This document shows, in pieces, positions 60,664 through 64,000 of a stretch of DNA of 64,000 bases; position 1 is the stretch's first letter, and each line of letters starts with the position of its first letter. This DNA is from Leucoraja erinacea (taxonomy: Eukaryota). The notes beneath the pieces are model-generated. The model was given only the letters and a program-made list of their open reading frames with translations. It was not told where the DNA came from and searched no databases. The translations under genes were made by a program, and so were the position numbers. Where the stretch lies: NCBI RefSeq assembly GCF_028641065.1, contig NC_073414.1:8246001-8310000 (forward strand), in the 5' to 3' direction.

Positions 60664-61038
60664 CCAAAGATCCTATAGCGAGCAAGATAGCCCACTCGAT
60701 GAAAAAGACGTAGTACGGTCATGGGCAGATTCATGGGTCATTTTCGGCCCCATTTCCGTAACCGGCTTCCGTCTCCGCACCAAAGATCCCGTAGCGGAGC
60801 AAAGATACTAGTGCGGAGACGGAAGCCGGTTACGGAAACATCCTCGTAAAAATCTTCTCCTCATTTTCAGAATTTTAATTTATTAACACAAACTGTTCCC
60901 CCGCAACGTTGATTACACTGCGAGTCAGGTCGGGTCGGGTCGGGTTACTGAAATGGATGAAAAAAGGCCCACGTTCCGCTTCGTTGCGTACTACACGTCA
61001 GCCCATTGCATTTAGCAGGAGTGGTCTAGGATCTTTGG
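60664..61038. mobile_element. Unclassified TIR element with a perfect internal 28-bp hairpin
   Basis: 12-bp TIR ccaaagatccta / taggatctttgg. Internal inverted repeat 60753-60780 / 60811-60838. Splits a Penelope 'catcagt|ctgaagaagg' site. Confidence 0.6.
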
Positions 61039-61690
61039 TCTGAAGAAGGGTGTCGACACGAAACGTCGCCTGTTCCTTCTCTGTTCCAGAGATGCTGCCT
61101 CACCCGCTGAGTTTCTCCTTGCTTTTTGTCTGTAGTCAAAGGCTGTGACCACAACTCCAAATTTAATTCGGGACAGTCGGATGATGTGTGTTTGTACATT
61201 TCGCAAGCTGGCGAGGACCTGGAGATTCATGGGCATGGGCACCATTGCCAGCATTTTTCCGCTGATTGGTTAGCACGCAACAAAAACTTTTCATGTACAC
61301 GTGACAATGAACTAAACTGAAACTAGGGCCTGAAGATTCATGGTCACCGCACACTGATGATTTCCACACTCAGAGACAAAAACATCCAGTGAGATCGGCG
61401 GATTAGAGATTTTTTTATTGATAATTTCTGTCGAGAGGTGTGAACAGCTCCTCCCCTGCGTGCTGGTGTCTAAACAAGGAGAGGATTCAGATATTGAGTG
61501 GTGCAGATCCAGCCCCAGGCCTGGGAGTGCTGGTGCAGGATTCCCAAAAGGTTCATTTGCAGTGTAGGAAAGAACTGCAGATGTTGGGTTAAATCGAAGA
61601 TAGACACAAAATGCTGGAGTAACTCAGCGGGACAGGCAGCATCTCTGGAGAGAAGGAATAGATGACATTTCGGGTCGAGACCCTTCCTAA

Positions 61691-61894
61691 AGGGCCTGTC
61701 CCACTTTCATGACCTCTGCTGAGTTTGCCCTTGACTCATACTCACAGCATGGTCGTCACGAGGGCCTAGCAGGCCGTGATGCTAGTCGTAGGTACTCGTG
61801 GCATCAAGTAGGTCGGGTCGTTTTTCTAGCCTGATGAAAAATGTCCACGAGTAAAAAAGGTTGTGAATTAGGTCGTGAAAGTGGGACAGACCCT
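61691..61894. mobile_element. PIF/Harbinger-like MITE
   Basis: TIRs agggcctgtcccactttca / tgaaagtgggacagaccct, flanked by TAA and TTA. Confidence 0.75.
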
Positions 61895-62171
61895 TTAGAC
61901 TCCAGCTTTTTGTGCTTCTCAAAGTTTAGAAGGAAGTTCTGGAGTTGAGTCTGAAGAAGGGTCTCGACCAGAAATGTCACCCACTCCTTCTCTCCAGAGA
62001 TGCTGGACCATGCCTGTCCTGCTGAGTTACTGCAGGTTAATTTGCAGGTTGTGTCGACAGGTACGAAAGGCAAATGCAATGCTATCATTCATTTCGAGAG
62101 GAGTAGAATGTAAAAGGATGTAATGCAGCCTTAGAGGCTTGCAACGTTGAGGAGACTGCGTGCTGGAGTCA

Positions 62172-62329
62172 CTAGGACTGGTAGGTGCCGGAAACGCAGA
62201 CAAATTTCCCGTCGTACTCTGAGGTAGTCAGGCACTTGAGGAAGAAGTGGCCCAGGTCGTGTTTGGAGATGACTCGGCCTCCCCTTTCACCGACTGCCAC
62301 GGCGTAGTTCTCCGTCAGCGGCAACGCAT
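62172..62329 (-). CDS. BLVRB: Biliverdin reductase B / flavin reductase (NADPH), last coding exon
   Basis: On the minus strand, acceptor ctctattcctctgacAG is followed (phase 1) by [55 protein letters not shown]. This matches the BLVRB C-terminus ([19 protein letters not shown]). Candidate AATAAA on the minus strand at 61414-61419. Confidence 0.92.
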
Positions 62330-62845
62330 CTGTCAGAGGAATAGAGTCACGTTAAATAAACCACAGCGCAGAAGTACTCATTTTTATTCTCTGGCTTTCA
62401 ACACTGGCTGAGACATTGCTCCTGTTTTTAGTGCTTTTAATGTCTTTTAATTTTTACTGTTTTATAGTACTTTGTTTTACGGTTTTTAATGGTTGTAATA
62501 ACTTCTTGTCCATCCATGAGTTCTCATGTACAGCACTTTGTGGCAACTGCAGTTGTTTAAAGTGCTTTATAAATAAAGTTATTATTATTATTATTATGTA
62601 GTAAATGCGAATAAGGAGCACATAAATAGGATCGTCAGGATGTTGGAAACATAGAAAAATAGGTGCCGGGGTAGGCCATTCGGCCCTTTGGGCCAGCACC
62701 ACCATTCGAGATGATCATGGCTGATCATCCAATATCAGTACCCCGTTCCTGCTTTGGTGTTGCACAGAAAGCATCCTATTGGCAAAGGAAGACAAAGTGC
62801 TGGAGTAACTCGGGGTCAGGCAAGCAGCTCTGGAGAACATGGATA

Positions 62846-63140
62846 GGGCAGCACGGTGACACAGCGGTAGAGTTGCTGCCTCACACCGCCAGAGACCCGG
62901 TTTCGATCCTGATTATGGGCACCGTCTGTACGGAGTTTGTAATTTCTCCCTGTGACAGCGTGGGTTTTCCCCGGGTGCTCCGGTTTCCTCCCACACTCCA
63001 AAGACGTACAGGTTTGTAGGTTAATTGGCTTTGGTAAAATTGTTAATTGTCCCTAGTGTTAGTGTAAGGAGTGATCGCTGGTCGGCATGGACTCGGTGGG
63101 CCGAAGGGCCTGTATCCAAGCTGTATCTCGAAAGTCTAAA
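62846..63140 (+). mobile_element. HE1-type V-SINE
   Basis: Full tRNA head, V-domain 'gtgggttttccccgggtgctccggtttcctcccaca', and ggccgaagggcctgt tail. Confidence 0.85.
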
Positions 63141-63221
63141 ATCGGTACTCTGTATTTTTCTCTTCTCTCTCTACGTATTGTACTTGACCGTTTGGTTTGA
63201 TTTTATTCATGTATAATATAA

Positions 63222-63722
63222 AACATAGAAAATAGGTGCAGGAAGAGACCATTTGGCCCTTCGAGCTAGCACTGCCATAAATTGTGATCATGGTCCACAA
63301 TCAGTACCCCGTTCCTGCCTTCTCCCCATATCCCTTAATTCTGCTAGCCCCTAGAGCTCTATCCAACTTTTAAATTCATCCAGTGAATTGGCCTCCACTG
63401 CCCTCTGTGGCAGAGAATTCCACAAATTCACAACTCTCTGGGTGAAAACGTTTTTTCTCACCTCTGTTTTAAATGGCCTCCCCTTTATTCTTAGACTGCA
63501 GCCCCTGGTTCTGGACTCCCCCAACATTGGGGACATGTTTCCTGCATCTAGCTTGTCCAGTCATTTTATAATTTTATACGTTTCTATAAGATCCCCCTCA
63601 TCCTTCTAAATTCCAGTGAATACAAGCCCAGTCTTTCCAATCTTTCCTCATATGACAGTCCCGCCATCCCGGGGATTAAACTGGTGAACCTACGCTGCAC
63701 TGCCTCAATAGCAAGGATGTCC
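63222..63722 (-). mobile_element. CR1/HER1-type LINE 3' fragment (in BLVRB intron)
   Basis: CR1 RT C-terminus on the minus strand with catagaaa tail. Confidence 0.88.
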
Positions 63723-64000
63723 TAGTATCAGATCGGATAGTGTCAGATTTGCTTGGACAGCATGCAAAGCAAAACGTTTCACTGCACCTCGGTACAGGTG
63801 ACAATAATAATCCTCAACCTGGAAATTCATGCAAAACTCATTTGGGAGAGGGATGGAAAGGAAAAATGGATTGTCCCGGAAAGGATGGGGGGGTAAACAC
63901 AATTCTTGCTCACTCATGATGCAGCTTTTTTTTAACTTGAGCCAGCTCCTGGACATGTCCCCAGTTGTGAAGAAGGAGCACAGATATCATGTAACAGTGT

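Noticed and set aside
60429-61360. Three dispersed copies of 'cctggagattcatggtcacc'
   Set aside because: Short degenerate local duplication with no evident structure or function.

Overview
Repeat-rich vertebrate genomic DNA with several assembly gaps. HE1-type V-SINEs, CR1/HER1-type LINEs and Penelope-like remnants point to a cartilaginous fish, probably a skate or ray (inference). Genes found: (1) a six-coding-exon + strand gene (12448-23022, about 751-768 aa) of the aftiphilin/CLBA1 family, with a very large repeat-bearing first exon and consistent splice phases throughout; (2) three intronless + strand thioredoxin genes (30486-30803, 42169-42489, 56550-57164) derived from cytosolic TXN, with non-canonical WCNNC/WCNNC/WCETC active sites and no buried catalytic Asp; the third has a basic Lys/Ala/Pro N-terminal tail and sits behind a minisatellite built from CRE, GC-box and ETS motifs; (3) the last coding exon of BLVRB on the - strand (62172-62329), which the ORF track misses. 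The remainder is mostly nested transposon debris: CR1, Rex1/Babar, RTE-X, an RTE 5' end, Penelope fragments with hammerhead-like cores, a Tc1 element, Harbinger-like MITEs and an unclassified hairpin element. The best candidate for an undescribed system is the divergent thioredoxin retrogene cluster, followed by a probable third aftiphilin/CLBA1 ohnolog linked to BLVRB.
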